DNA of 64,000 bases from Gemmatimonadales bacterium (GCA_044867445.1 JBIOUY010000116.1:2611-66610); one strand, 5' to 3'. Numbered from the stretch's first letter, positions 28,998-38,385 are shown. Notes: a model not told the origin generated them from the sequence alone. Numbers and translations: made by a program.

Positions 28998-29205
28998 GGC
29001 TCGGCCGCTCCTCTCGGATCCGTGCACCCCAGACCCTCGGTCTCTCGGTAGCCTGTCCCAGGCCGTGCCCCCATTATTCCTCCAATACCATTCGCGCCCC
29101 TCGGGACCGGTGATGGGTGCCGAGGAGCGCCCTCCGACAGCGGTTGGCCGTGCGTGCCGCCTTCCGCCGCGGGACGGCCGGGCACGCCATAGGTTCAGCC
29201 TTCGC

Positions 29206-31221
29206 ATGCGACATTGCGTGCTTCTCCTCGGCTTGTTGGCGGCGCCCCTGGCCGCTCAGCAACCGGGCGCGACCGCGCCGGTCCAGCCCGCGCGTCCCAT
29301 CACGCTGACGCCGGCTCTCAAGCCCCCCGTCGCGGATACCGGGATCTTCAGCCCACTTCCCTTCCCTCAGCCGAACGGAGTCCGTCGAGCCGATGGCTCG
29401 CCAGGGCCGGCCTATTGGCAGCAGCGGGCCGATTACGTCCTCAAGGCGACGCTGGACACTGCCGCCAAACGACTCACGGCGACGGAACAGATTCGCTATA
29501 CCAACAACTCGCCGGATACGCTGCGGTTCGTGTGGATGCAACTGGATCAGAACCTGTTCAAGCCTGGCTCGGTGGGGTCACTCCTCTTCCCGCAGGAGAG
29601 CCGCTTTGGTGGCGCCGGATTCCAGGGGGGCTTCGAGATCCAGAGCATCACCCAGACTCAACCTCCACCGGCAGGGCGAACGACCGCCGGACGAAAGAAG
29701 GTGCCCGCGGCTGCTCCGCCTGCCCCGCTCCGGGCACGGGTGGATGACACCATGATGTACGTCGAGCTGGCAGTGCCGCTGGCTCCGGGCGCGACCACGC
29801 AGCTCGACCTGGGCTACGGCTTCAACATCCCCGAGCATGGGGCGGATCGCATGGGGCGCGACGGGAACCTCTACGAAATCGCGCAGTGGTACCCTCGGAT
29901 GGCGGTCTACGATGATGTACACGGCTGGAACACTGACCAGTACCTCGGCCAGGGCGAGTTCTACCTCGAGTACGGAAATATCGATTACGAGGTGACGCTT
30001 CCCGCGGGGTACATCGTGGCTGGGAGCGGTGTGCTCCAGAACGCGAACGAGGTGCTCCCTGCCGCCCAGCGCGCCCGGCTCGCGCTCGCCGCCAAATCGG
30101 ATTCCACCATCGCGATTGTCACTGCGGAGGACCTCGCCAATGGGGCGGCGCGCCCCAAGCGAGACGGCACCCTCACCTGGCGGTTCCACGCGGAACGGGT
30201 CCGCGATGTTGCCTGGGGTGCCTCTCCGGAATACCTGTGGGACGCGTCGGGGTGGAACGGGGTGCTGGCCCAGGCCTACTACCGGCCTTCCGCCACCGAT
30301 GTGTGGAAGGATGCGACCCGAATGAGCCGCTTCTCCATCGAGGAGTACAGCACCCGCTGGCTCCGCTACCCCTACCCCCAAATGTCAGCCATCGAAGGAC
30401 CGGTCTCGGGAATGGAGTATCCCATGGTCGCGATGGAGGCGAGGAGCGAGGACGCCGAGGGCCTTTACAGCGTGATCACCCACGAGATCGGGCACTCGTG
30501 GTTCCCCATGACTGTGGGGTCGGACGAGCGTCGCTACGCCTGGATGGACGAAGGCTTCAACACGTTCATGAACACCTTCTCCGAGCAGGATTATTGGAAG
30601 CGGGACGATACCCCCACCAGACGCGGCGAGGCGCGGTTCGTGACCGCTCTGGACCAGACGCCCAATGCCCAGCCGATCATGACCCCGGCTAACCGTTACC
30701 GCGGCAACGACAATCTCGGTGCCCTCGCGTACATCAAGCCATCACTCATGCTGCTGGCACTCAGGGACAAGGTGCTGGGCCCTGAGGTGTTCGATTCGGC
30801 TTTTCGGGAATACACCCGGCGCTGGGCTTTCAAGCACCCGCAGCCCGCCGACTTCTTCCGGACCATAGAGGAGGTGTCCGGGCGCGATCTCGCCTGGTTC
30901 TGGCGCGGGTTCTTCTACACCACGGCTGGCTTGGACCAGGCGGTCGAGTCGGTCAAACAAGGACCCGACGGCGTCGCACAGATCGTGCTCCGAAGCCTGG
31001 GCGCGGCGGTCATGCCGGTCGAGTTGCAGCTCAGGTTTGCCGACGATAGTACAGAGCTCATCCGGCTGCCGGTGGAGATCTGGTACGGTGGCGATCGGTA
31101 TATCTTCCACATCAATCCCGGCAAACAGATCGTGAGCGCGCGGGTGAACCCTGACGGCGGGTTCCCCGATCTGGTTCCCACCAACGACGAATGGAGGGCT
31201 ACCACAACGGCCACTCCGTAG
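29206..31221 (+). CDS. secreted M1-family zinc metallopeptidase (paralog 1)
   Basis: ORF 28870..31221 trimmed to ATG 29206 (signal peptide MRHCVLLLGLLAAPLAAQQ). Carries a GMEYPM exopeptidase-like motif and HEIGH-x18-E (HEIGHSWFPMTVGSDERRYAWMDEGFNTF). Confidence 0.85.
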   Translation: MRHCVLLLGLLAAPLAAQQPGATAPVQPARPITLTPALKPPVADTGIFSPLPFPQPNGVRRADGSPGPAYWQQRADYVLKATLDTAAKRLTATEQIRYTNNSPDTLRFVWMQLDQNLFKPGSVGSLLFPQESRFGGAGFQGGFEIQSITQTQPPPAGRTTAGRKKVPAAAPPAPLRARVDDTMMYVELAVPLAPGATTQLDLGYGFNIPEHGADRMGRDGNLYEIAQWYPRMAVYDDVHGWNTDQYLGQGEFYLEYGNIDYEVTLPAGYIVAGSGVLQNANEVLPAAQRARLALAAKSDSTIAIVTAEDLANGAARPKRDGTLTWRFHAERVRDVAWGASPEYLWDASGWNGVLAQAYYRPSATDVWKDATRMSRFSIEEYSTRWLRYPYPQMSAIEGPVSGMEYPMVAMEARSEDAEGLYSVITHEIGHSWFPMTVGSDERRYAWMDEGFNTFMNTFSEQDYWKRDDTPTRRGEARFVTALDQTPNAQPIMTPANRYRGNDNLGALAYIKPSLMLLALRDKVLGPEVFDSAFREYTRRWAFKHPQPADFFRTIEEVSGRDLAWFWRGFFYTTAGLDQAVESVKQGPDGVAQIVLRSLGAAVMPVELQLRFADDSTELIRLPVEIWYGGDRYIFHINPGKQIVSARVNPDGGFPDLVPTNDEWRATTTATP

Positions 31222-31318
31222 CGCGAGCTTCGATGGCTTCGTAACAGCCGCGGGCTACTCTTCCGCGTCGTGGCTCGCGGGCTACATTCTGAGTTCTGCC
31301 TGCTCCCTGGAGTGTGCC

Positions 31319-32761
31319 GTGCCGCTGCCTGACTACCTCCTCGACCTGCCAGCCGACGAGGCGGCCCGCCTCATTGCCCTGTTTCTGCTGCGGGATCTGA
31401 TCGAGCAGCGCCCGCGGGTAGATCACCCAGACGACAGCGAAGCCTTACACGATTTTCGGGTCGCCATCCGCCGCCTCTCCACAACCCTGAAATCCTATCG
31501 CCGGCCGCTGGACGGCAGCGTGACCAAGCGCTCTCGGAAGCGGCTTCGGCGATTGGCGCAGTCCTCCCGCGAAAGCCGGGACTTCGAAGTACACATCCAG
31601 TGGGCCCGAGCTCAGGAAAGCGAACTCAGTCCCCGGCAACAGGCCGGCTTACGCTGGCATCTGGCGAGATTGGAGCGGCGGAAACGCGACTGGGACGCGG
31701 CCTGGCACGCCGATCTGGCCAAGCGCTTCCCAGCGCTTGAGCGGGAGCTGCAGGATCAACTGGAGCTCTATCGGCTTCGGGTTGAACCGGACTCCTCTCG
31801 CCGCCAGGTCGCGGCCCAGGTGATCGGGCGCCAGGCGCTGCAATCCGGGGCCGAGCTCGAGCGTAGGTTGGCCGATCTAGGCATCGACCCTAATCCGGTG
31901 GGTGCTCACCGGACCCGGCTGGCGGCCAAGGCTCTGCGCTACCTGATCGAGCCGGTCGAGCGGCAGGTGGAGGCCGCGCCCCCACTGCTCGCCCGTCTTG
32001 CCCGGCTCCAGCATCAGTTAGGCGAGCTCACCGATAGCCACGCCCTTCTCGAGGAGCTAGGCAAGGCCCTGGACGCTACCATCGCGCAGCCGGTGGAAGC
32101 GTCGGCGACGAATGCGTCTGAGGGGCAGGGCGAGCACGAGGCGGAGGATCCTCGTGCGGGCCTCCTGGCGCTGGCCGAGCGGCTGCGCGAACGGTGCGAA
32201 CAAGCGCTGCGCGCAGTGCGCCAGGAATGGCTCGACGGCGCAGCGGACGACTTCTTCTCCGCGCTGACCCAATTGGGCAACAGTGTAGCCGACCGGGCCG
32301 ACCGGCTGCTCGAGATCGAGCGCAAATTCCTGCTGCGTCGCCTTCCTGAAACCGCTCAGGAGGTGCCCGGCGTGGAAATCGAGCAGGGCTGGCTCCCGGG
32401 CACGCGAGTGGTGGAGCGGTGGCGGAAGATTCGGGCGAGCGGAGAGCCGATCTGCTATCGCACCGTCAAGTCCGGTCAAGGGCTCACCCGGATCGAGCTG
32501 GAGGAGAAGACCAGCAGCGAGCTGTTCGAGCACATCTGGCCCCTCACCGAGGGACGGCGGGTCGTCAAGCGCCGGCGTCGGGTCGCAACGGAGGGCGTCA
32601 CCTGGGAGATCGACGAGTTCCTCGATCGCGAGCTGGTGCTGGCAGAAGTGGAGTTGCCCTCCCAGGATGCCGCCATCGAGGTCCCGGAGTGGCTCAGGCC
32701 CTACGTGGTGCGCGAGGTCACGGGAGACCCCGAATACAGCAATCGGAAGCTGGCGCGGTGA
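31319..32761 (+). CDS. CHAD domain protein with C-terminal CYTH (triphosphate tunnel metalloenzyme) domain
   Basis: 480 aa with a GTG start. CHAD His motifs are HDFRVAIRRLSTTLKSY and HRTRLAAKALRYLIEP. The C-terminal CYTH has LEIERKFLL, VLAEVELP and TGDPEYSNRKLA. Confidence 0.85.
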   Translation: MPLPDYLLDLPADEAARLIALFLLRDLIEQRPRVDHPDDSEALHDFRVAIRRLSTTLKSYRRPLDGSVTKRSRKRLRRLAQSSRESRDFEVHIQWARAQESELSPRQQAGLRWHLARLERRKRDWDAAWHADLAKRFPALERELQDQLELYRLRVEPDSSRRQVAAQVIGRQALQSGAELERRLADLGIDPNPVGAHRTRLAAKALRYLIEPVERQVEAAPPLLARLARLQHQLGELTDSHALLEELGKALDATIAQPVEASATNASEGQGEHEAEDPRAGLLALAERLRERCEQALRAVRQEWLDGAADDFFSALTQLGNSVADRADRLLEIERKFLLRRLPETAQEVPGVEIEQGWLPGTRVVERWRKIRASGEPICYRTVKSGQGLTRIELEEKTSSELFEHIWPLTEGRRVVKRRRRVATEGVTWEIDEFLDRELVLAEVELPSQDAAIEVPEWLRPYVVREVTGDPEYSNRKLAR

Positions 32762-32767
32762 ACGGGA

Positions 32768-32921
32768 GTGAGAAGTAAGAGGTCAGAGGTGACAGGTAAG
32801 AGGTAAGAGGGGCCGAGCTCAAAGTGCGCTCCGGCCCTTCAGCTATCACCTATCACCTGTCACCGGTCACCTCTACCTCTCACGCCGTACTATCTTACTG
32901 CTCACTGCTCACTGCTTACTG
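32768..32921. repeat. heptad-periodic three-block element 6, CHAD-CYTH|M1 paralog 2 spacer
   Basis: 32768-32809 has six units GTGAGAA GTAAGAG GTCAGAG GTGACAG GTAAGAG GTAAGAG. A GC clamp gggccg/cggccc sits at 32810-32837. 32843-32883 has six complementary units (CTATCAC..CTCTCAC). 32894-32921 has four units CTTACTG/CTCACTG. Confidence 0.85.
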
Positions 32922-32939
32922 TCTTCCCGGGGTTTCCCT

Positions 32940-34913
32940 TTGCGACTGCCGTCCGTTCTCTCCATTCTCTGCCTCACTGCCACCGCCGCGCTGGCTCAGC
33001 AGCCGCCGTCCGCGACCGCGGGAGCACCCGATACCACAGCCTTTCGGCGCTTGACCCTGCCAACGCCGAACGAGTTCCGCACGGGCAGCGGTGCCCCAGG
33101 CCCGCGCTATTGGCAGCAGCGCGCCGATTACGTCATCCGAGCCAGCCTTGACACGGTGAGCCGCAGCGTACGCGGCACGGAGCGGATTACCTATACAAAC
33201 AACTCGCCCGACACCCTCCGTTACCTGTGGCTCCAACTGGACCAGAATCTCTTTACTCGTAAGAGCCGCGGCGCCGCCATCTTCGATCGCGGCGCCAGGT
33301 TCGGAACCGCGGGCGCGGAGGGCGGATTCCATCTTTCCAGGGTCGCCCAGCCAGCCCGGGCCGCCGGCAAGACGGCCGCAGGGGCGGTTGCACTCAAGTA
33401 CCTCGTCAACGGCACCATGATGCGGGTCGATCTACCCCGCCCTCTGCCACCTCGATCGAAACAGCTGCTCGACATTGAGTGGTCTTTTCCATTTGGGCCC
33501 AATGCCAACCGAATGGGAATCGAGGAGATCGACGGCGGCGTGATTTACGAGTCGGCTCAGTGGTACCCTCGGCTCGCGGTGTATGACGACGTGCAGGGCT
33601 GGAACACGGAGCAATACTATGGCCAGGGCGAGTTTTACCTGGAGTACGGCAATTTCGATGTGAGCCTCACCGTGCCGGCGGACATGATCGTCGCCGCGTC
33701 CGGAGTGCTTCAGAATTCGATCGACGTGCTGACCGCGGAGCAGCGTAGCCGCTTGGCACGGGCGCGAACCAGCGACGCCACGGTGATCATTCGCAGCAAG
33801 GCCGAGATCGGCAGCCCATCGTCGCGACCACGGGCCCCCCGCGGTACCCTCACCTGGCGCTTCGTGGCCGACAGTGTGCGCGATTTTGCCTGGGCCGCTG
33901 CTCGGCATTTCATCTGGGATGCTGTCCGGGTAAATCGGGGCAAGACCCTGGCGATGAGCTTCTATCCACCTTCTGCCGACTCGATCTGGAACCAGGCGAG
34001 TCAATATGCCAAGACAGCCATCGAGAACTACTCGGAGCAATGGCGTCCCTATCCGTACCCGACGGCAAGCAACGTCAATGGCATCGAGGGCGGGATGGAG
34101 TACCCGATGATCGTTTTCTGTCATAACCGCACTGATCCGCAGGCGCTGTACGGCGTCACCGACCATGAGTTCGGCCACGCCTGGTTTCCCATGCTGGTGG
34201 GGAGCAACGAACGGCTGTACGGCTGGATGGATGAAGGCTTCAACAGCTTCATGAATCACTACAACTTTCCCAAGAAGTTCCCCGGCGCACCGCTGCCGAC
34301 CGCGCGAGGAGTTCCGGAGACCTATCTGAGGAATGCTCTCTCAGGCACAGAGCAGCCGATCATGACGCCGGCCGACCGAATGAAGAACACGGACAACTGG
34401 CGCCAGGGCCTGTACAACAAACCCGCTGTCGGCCTGGTGCTGCTTCGCGAGCACATCACCTCACCGGAGCGCTTCGATCCGGTCTTCCGGGAGTACATTC
34501 GCCGATGGGCCAACAAACATCCCACTCCGGCTGATTTCTTTCGGACGATGGAAGACGGGTTGGGTGAGGATCTGAGCTGGTTCTGGCGCTCCTGGTTCTA
34601 TACCACCGAGCAGCTCGACCAGGCGGTGGATTCCGTCGTGTTCGCCGACTCGGCGGGAATCGCGTCACGGGTGTACCTGCGCAATGCGGGCGGGATGCCA
34701 ATGCCGCTCGAGTTGAGCCTCGCGATGGACGATGGCACTACCCAAACTTTGAGCCTGCCAGTGGAGATCTGGTTCGCCGGGGACCGCTATACCGCGCTCA
34801 TACCCGGGCCCAAGCGGGTGCGGAACGTCACCATTGATCCGAGAGGATGGTACCCGGACGTGCGGCGGGAGAACAATCACTGGCCGGCGGGCATGACAAG
34901 CAGTGAGAAGTGA
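32940..34913 (+). CDS. secreted M1-family zinc metallopeptidase (paralog 2)
   Basis: 657 aa with a TTG start and signal peptide MRLPSVLSILCLTATAALAQQ. Carries GGMEYPM and HEFGHAWFPMLVGSNERLYGWMDEGFNSF. Colinear similarity to the 29206..31221 product. Confidence 0.85.
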   Translation: MRLPSVLSILCLTATAALAQQPPSATAGAPDTTAFRRLTLPTPNEFRTGSGAPGPRYWQQRADYVIRASLDTVSRSVRGTERITYTNNSPDTLRYLWLQLDQNLFTRKSRGAAIFDRGARFGTAGAEGGFHLSRVAQPARAAGKTAAGAVALKYLVNGTMMRVDLPRPLPPRSKQLLDIEWSFPFGPNANRMGIEEIDGGVIYESAQWYPRLAVYDDVQGWNTEQYYGQGEFYLEYGNFDVSLTVPADMIVAASGVLQNSIDVLTAEQRSRLARARTSDATVIIRSKAEIGSPSSRPRAPRGTLTWRFVADSVRDFAWAAARHFIWDAVRVNRGKTLAMSFYPPSADSIWNQASQYAKTAIENYSEQWRPYPYPTASNVNGIEGGMEYPMIVFCHNRTDPQALYGVTDHEFGHAWFPMLVGSNERLYGWMDEGFNSFMNHYNFPKKFPGAPLPTARGVPETYLRNALSGTEQPIMTPADRMKNTDNWRQGLYNKPAVGLVLLREHITSPERFDPVFREYIRRWANKHPTPADFFRTMEDGLGEDLSWFWRSWFYTTEQLDQAVDSVVFADSAGIASRVYLRNAGGMPMPLELSLAMDDGTTQTLSLPVEIWFAGDRYTALIPGPKRVRNVTIDPRGWYPDVRRENNHWPAGMTSSEK

Positions 34914-35066
34914 GAAGCGAGAAGTAAGCAGTGAGAAGTGAGGAGTGAAGAGTGAGAGGAGAGTAATCCCCATCCCGAGTGAAACGAGGCATCTATTGGG
35001 CGGCCATCAAGGCCGGGCGAGTAGGTGTCACCTCTCACCTGTCACCTCTCACCCTCACTGCTTCTC
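34903..35066. repeat. heptad-periodic quasi-palindrome 7 between convergent genes (M1 paralog 2 / LVIVD lipoprotein)
   Basis: 34903-34963 has eight units (GTGAGAA x2, GCGAGAA, GTAAGCA, GTGAGAA, GTGAGGA, GTGAAGA, GTGAGAG). 35026-35066 is tgtcacctctcacctgtcacctctcaccctcactgcttctc. Both genes' TGA stop codons lie inside the arms. Confidence 0.85.
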
Positions 35067-36266
35067 TCTTGCTTCGGTCAGTTGCCACAGGCCACTGAGC
35101 ATGTCGATCGTGTAGACTGAGCCGTTCGCAAGCTGCACGCCCCAGGTGAAGGTGTTCCCCGATCCCCCCGGGACCACCTGCGCCAGTAGCCGATTGGACA
35201 GATCACCCGAGAGCGTGCCCGAGACATCCAGCGCCACGACCCCACCATTGTAGTAGGCCGCATACAGAATCTGTCGCGCCTCGTCCATCCAGAAGTTATG
35301 AGTGCCGGCGCCTTCCAAGTGAAACGAGGCGACCTCCCGAGGGTTCGTAAGATTTAACACGTCCACCACGTGGATGTCGCCGCTCGATTGGGAGCCGATC
35401 ACGCCCGGCCCTTCCTGACCGATGAAGAGGTACCGGTTCTCGCCCGAGACCGGGTTGTGGAACCACCACCCGTTGTGGACCGACGGAGAAACGGTCGCCG
35501 TGGAGCTGGTGACCAGGCGGCTCACCTCCTGCGGATTGGCCGGACTGCCGCCCCGGATGCCGTTCCCCACGTCATAGATGATCACACCCGTGTTCCAGGC
35601 GAACACAAACCCCAATCCATCCCGAACGTAGGTGTCGTGGATCCCGTACGCGGGTGGAATCGGCACCGAGGCCGTAGGCGTGATCTGGGTGGGATCCGTG
35701 ACGTCCCAGATCATCCATGCGGGGTCCTCAGGGTCTTTGGCGCCGAACACATACCGCCGTCCCGCGATGGTGCCGAAGGTCGCCGTGTGGATCCCAGTGG
35801 ACACGAGGGCGCTGTCGAGGAACGCCGGCCTCCTGGGATCGGTCAGATCATAAAGGAAGATGCCGGCATTGTTGCCTCCTTCCGTGCTGAAAAGGAGGAG
35901 CTGGCCGTCGTCACTGACCTCGATATCACTAACCGTGTAGATGTCGGGCAGCTTGATCGAATCCACCAACTGAGGGTGTCCAGCCGGGCCGAGCGACCAG
36001 ATTTTGACCACGTTGCCAGGGTTGTTCTGCCGCGGGAACGCACCCCACGTGCCGGTATACGCGTAGTTGCCATGGATCCAAAGATCCGAGCTGTACCGAT
36101 CGGGCACGTTGTTCCCGCCTGCCATCACGTCGATGGTATCGGTGGGACCGGGTGGCGGCGTGACGCCGCCATCGTCGCCACCACCGTCCCCTCCTCCACA
36201 GCCGATCAAGCTCGACAGAGCCAACGTGCCCGAGAGAGCCGACGCCAGCCAACTCCGTTTCGGCAT
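35055..36266 (-). CDS. LVIVD-repeat-like beta-propeller lipoprotein
   Basis: 403 aa. Lipobox LSSLIGC followed by a Gly/Asp/Pro linker. Repeated blades of the type ...VVKIWSL, VSDIEVSDDG, IFLYDLTDP, MIWDVTDP, VIIYDV, IHVVDV, VVALDV. Confidence 0.7.
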   Translation of the reverse strand: MPKRSWLASALSGTLALSSLIGCGGGDGGGDDGGVTPPPGPTDTIDVMAGGNNVPDRYSSDLWIHGNYAYTGTWGAFPRQNNPGNVVKIWSLGPAGHPQLVDSIKLPDIYTVSDIEVSDDGQLLLFSTEGGNNAGIFLYDLTDPRRPAFLDSALVSTGIHTATFGTIAGRRYVFGAKDPEDPAWMIWDVTDPTQITPTASVPIPPAYGIHDTYVRDGLGFVFAWNTGVIIYDVGNGIRGGSPANPQEVSRLVTSSTATVSPSVHNGWWFHNPVSGENRYLFIGQEGPGVIGSQSSGDIHVVDVLNLTNPREVASFHLEGAGTHNFWMDEARQILYAAYYNGGVVALDVSGTLSGDLSNRLLAQVVPGGSGNTFTWGVQLANGSVYTIDMLSGLWQLTEAREKQ

Positions 36267-36276
36267 GGGCCCCTTC

Positions 36277-37527
36277 CTATTGATGGTGATGCCCCGTGCC
36301 CGGCATCATGCCGGCCTCCTCAACCACACCATAGCGTCCCATCCGATGCAGTCCCCCTCCAACCGCGGCCCGCAGGCCCAGGCTGAACGACCAGAATCGC
36401 TCTCTCCCGTACAGGTCGATCACATCGAACAGGCCGCCACCAACCTTGCTGATTTGACCGTGGGAAATCTCCGCCAGGGGCTGAAGCCGAACCGGGCCGG
36501 CGGTGAGTCCCTCGAGCTGGTACCCAACCGTCTCGATGGTCCAACGAGTGGTGCCGAGGATGGAGTTCTCCAGATGTGGGCGCAAGGAGCGGAAGCTCGA
36601 TACCCGCACTTCCTCCGGGCGCTCAGTGCGCTCCCATCGAACGTGGAGACGATGTCGACCCGCCGTCCATGCACCTTCGGCCAGTAGGCTGTGGAACACG
36701 AAGAAGCCTGAGGCTTCCGAGGTCCGGGCCCACTCCACCAGCCCATACACCGGGAATCGGCCCACCGATCGCGACCACCGACCGGAGAGACTCCACTTGC
36801 TCTGATCGGTTCCGGCCCCCGGGCGGTGCTCCGGCGAGTGCACTTTGGCATGCGAGCCTTGCAGCTCGAGCCCGGGGAGAACCCGTCCGGTTACCCGCGC
36901 GGACCACGAGTCACCGAATCGTCCTCCTAGCCTGGGCCACTGACCCGGTCGCTCCGGCTCGTCACCGTCGAACAGGCCGAACTCACCCGCAACAGCACCC
37001 CCCCGCAAGGCGGCAATGGCCACCCACCGCTCGAGGATTTGGCTGAGATGGTGGTTGACCGGGTACAGCAGGCCCGGCCGCACCATGGGGTCGTCGGTGC
37101 CGAAGGGGGCGAAGCCTTTACCTGCCGTGAGCGAGGCATGAAGCTTGGGATTAAGGCCCCGGAGCCCGGACTCGGCAGAGAGAAGGAGCTCATGTGCGTA
37201 GGTATGAGGATGCCGGCGATCTACGAACCCCTCACCCCAGTTTCCCAGAGCGAGCTCTCCCTGGGGTATCGTCGCACCTTCAAGATCGAGCGTCCCGATG
37301 AAGCGGAGATGGCCCCACGCGCCGGCCTGGAGCATCAGGATTGGCTGCAGCACCCGAAGTTCACCCAGTGCGCGGTCCCCCGGCACTGGGTCCGCCCAAG
37401 TGTATGCCGCCACGGTCTGGCCGCCCAGGAGCAGCCAGGGGCTTGATTGAGCCGATACTGGGAGAGCGAACAGCCCGAGCGCGAGCCCCGGGAACAGGAG
37501 ACTCGATGCGCAAGGCGCTCGGCTCAG
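36277..37527 (-). CDS. hypothetical secreted/outer-membrane protein with Met/His-rich C-terminus; start codon unresolved
   Basis: Long minus-strand ORF (36277..37821) with only short ORFs on the opposite strand. Predicted signal peptide ...[28 protein letters not shown] starts exactly at the sdhB stop. No ATG, GTG or TTG lies between the sdhB stop and the signal peptide. Candidate starts are CTG 37527 (CTGA overlap), ATG 37656, GTG 37638, GTG 37626, or an internal GTG at 37413. Confidence 0.6.
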   Translation of the reverse strand: MSRAPCASSLLFPGLALGLFALPVSAQSSPWLLLGGQTVAAYTWADPVPGDRALGELRVLQPILMLQAGAWGHLRFIGTLDLEGATIPQGELALGNWGEGFVDRRHPHTYAHELLLSAESGLRGLNPKLHASLTAGKGFAPFGTDDPMVRPGLLYPVNHHLSQILERWVAIAALRGGAVAGEFGLFDGDEPERPGQWPRLGGRFGDSWSARVTGRVLPGLELQGSHAKVHSPEHRPGAGTDQSKWSLSGRWSRSVGRFPVYGLVEWARTSEASGFFVFHSLLAEGAWTAGRHRLHVRWERTERPEEVRVSSFRSLRPHLENSILGTTRWTIETVGYQLEGLTAGPVRLQPLAEISHGQISKVGGGLFDVIDLYGRERFWSFSLGLRAAVGGGLHRMGRYGVVEEAGMMPGTGHHHQ

Positions 37528-38294
37528 TCGGATTCGGCCACCGCCCCTCGACCGGCGGTCGACATGCCTCGGAGGAAATCGCGATTCATCCGGGTGATGG
37601 TATCGATGCTGATCTCCTTGGGGCACGCCTCCTGGCACTCGCCGTAGAGCGTGCATCCCCCGAATCCCTCTTGGTCCATCTGCCGCACCATGCGATAGGC
37701 GCGCTGATAGCGCTCCGGCTGACCCTGAGGGAGGAGGCCGAGGTGGGTGATCTTTGCCGCGGTGAAGAGGGAGGCGGACCCATTGGGACAGGCCGCGACG
37801 CAGGCTCCGCAGCCGATGCATTGCGCCGCGTCCATGGCCGTGTCGACCGCGTCCTTGGGAATGAGAATCGCGTTGCCATCGGGGGCGCTGCCGGTTGGAG
37901 CGGTGACGTATCCGCCCGCGGCGATGATCCGGTCGAGGGCGCGGCGATCAACCACCAGGTCCTTGATCACGGGGAAGGCGCGCGCGCGCCAGGGCTCTAC
38001 GTTGATGACGTCGCCGTCCTTGAAGCTGCGCATGTGCAGCTGGCAGGTCGCCGTGCCCCGATTCGGCCCGTGCGCCACGCCATTGATCATCAGACTGCAG
38101 GAGCCGCAAATCCCTTCACGACAGTCATGATCGAACGCGATAGGCGACTCACCCTGCTCGAGCAGGCGTTCGTTGAGCACGTCGAGCATTTCCAGGAAGG
38201 ACATATCGGGACCGATATCCCGCGCCTCGTAGCGAACCATGCGGCCCTTGTCCGAGGCATTGGCTTGTCGCCAGATGTGGAGAGTGAGATTCAT
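37524..38294 (-). CDS. sdhB: succinate dehydrogenase/fumarate reductase iron-sulfur subunit
   Basis: 256 aa. Cys clusters [22 protein letters not shown] and [13 protein letters not shown] verified the frame codon by codon. Confidence 0.95.
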   Translation of the reverse strand: MNLTLHIWRQANASDKGRMVRYEARDIGPDMSFLEMLDVLNERLLEQGESPIAFDHDCREGICGSCSLMINGVAHGPNRGTATCQLHMRSFKDGDVINVEPWRARAFPVIKDLVVDRRALDRIIAAGGYVTAPTGSAPDGNAILIPKDAVDTAMDAAQCIGCGACVAACPNGSASLFTAAKITHLGLLPQGQPERYQRAYRMVRQMDQEGFGGCTLYGECQEACPKEISIDTITRMNRDFLRGMSTAGRGAVAESD

Positions 38295-38307
38295 GAGATC
38301 TCCGGAA

Positions 38308-38384
38308 GTCTCGGGTCACGGGTCGCGGGTCTCGAGAAGACTGAGCCGCGCAAGGCCCGCGACTCGCGACCCGCAGCCCGCGAC

Positions 38385-38385
<1 letters not shown>
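38308..38385. repeat. heptad-periodic quasi-palindrome 8 (unit GTCGCGG), sdhA|sdhB spacer
   Basis: 38308-38336 gtctcgg gtcacgg gtcgcgg gtctcga g. 38356-38385 cccgcga ctcgcga cccgcag cccgcga cc. Same family as 55445-55533. Confidence 0.85.

Noticed and set aside
28870-29205. Upstream extension of M1 peptidase paralog 1 overlapping the end of dcd. Also small ORFs in the 208-nt dcd|M1 spacer at 29117-29308 and 28937-29185.
   Set aside because: The extension lacks a signal peptide and overlaps dcd, whereas ATG 29206 gives a canonical signal peptide. The small ORFs have no motifs and show GC-driven composition. I saw no convincing RNA structure or repeat in this spacer.
36277-37821. Full-length 514-aa version of the secreted-protein ORF.
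   Set aside because: Its first 100 codons lie out of frame inside the well-supported sdhB gene and encode Arg/Gly/His-rich sequence. The real start must be near or downstream of the sdhB stop, or within the last roughly 130 nt of sdhB.
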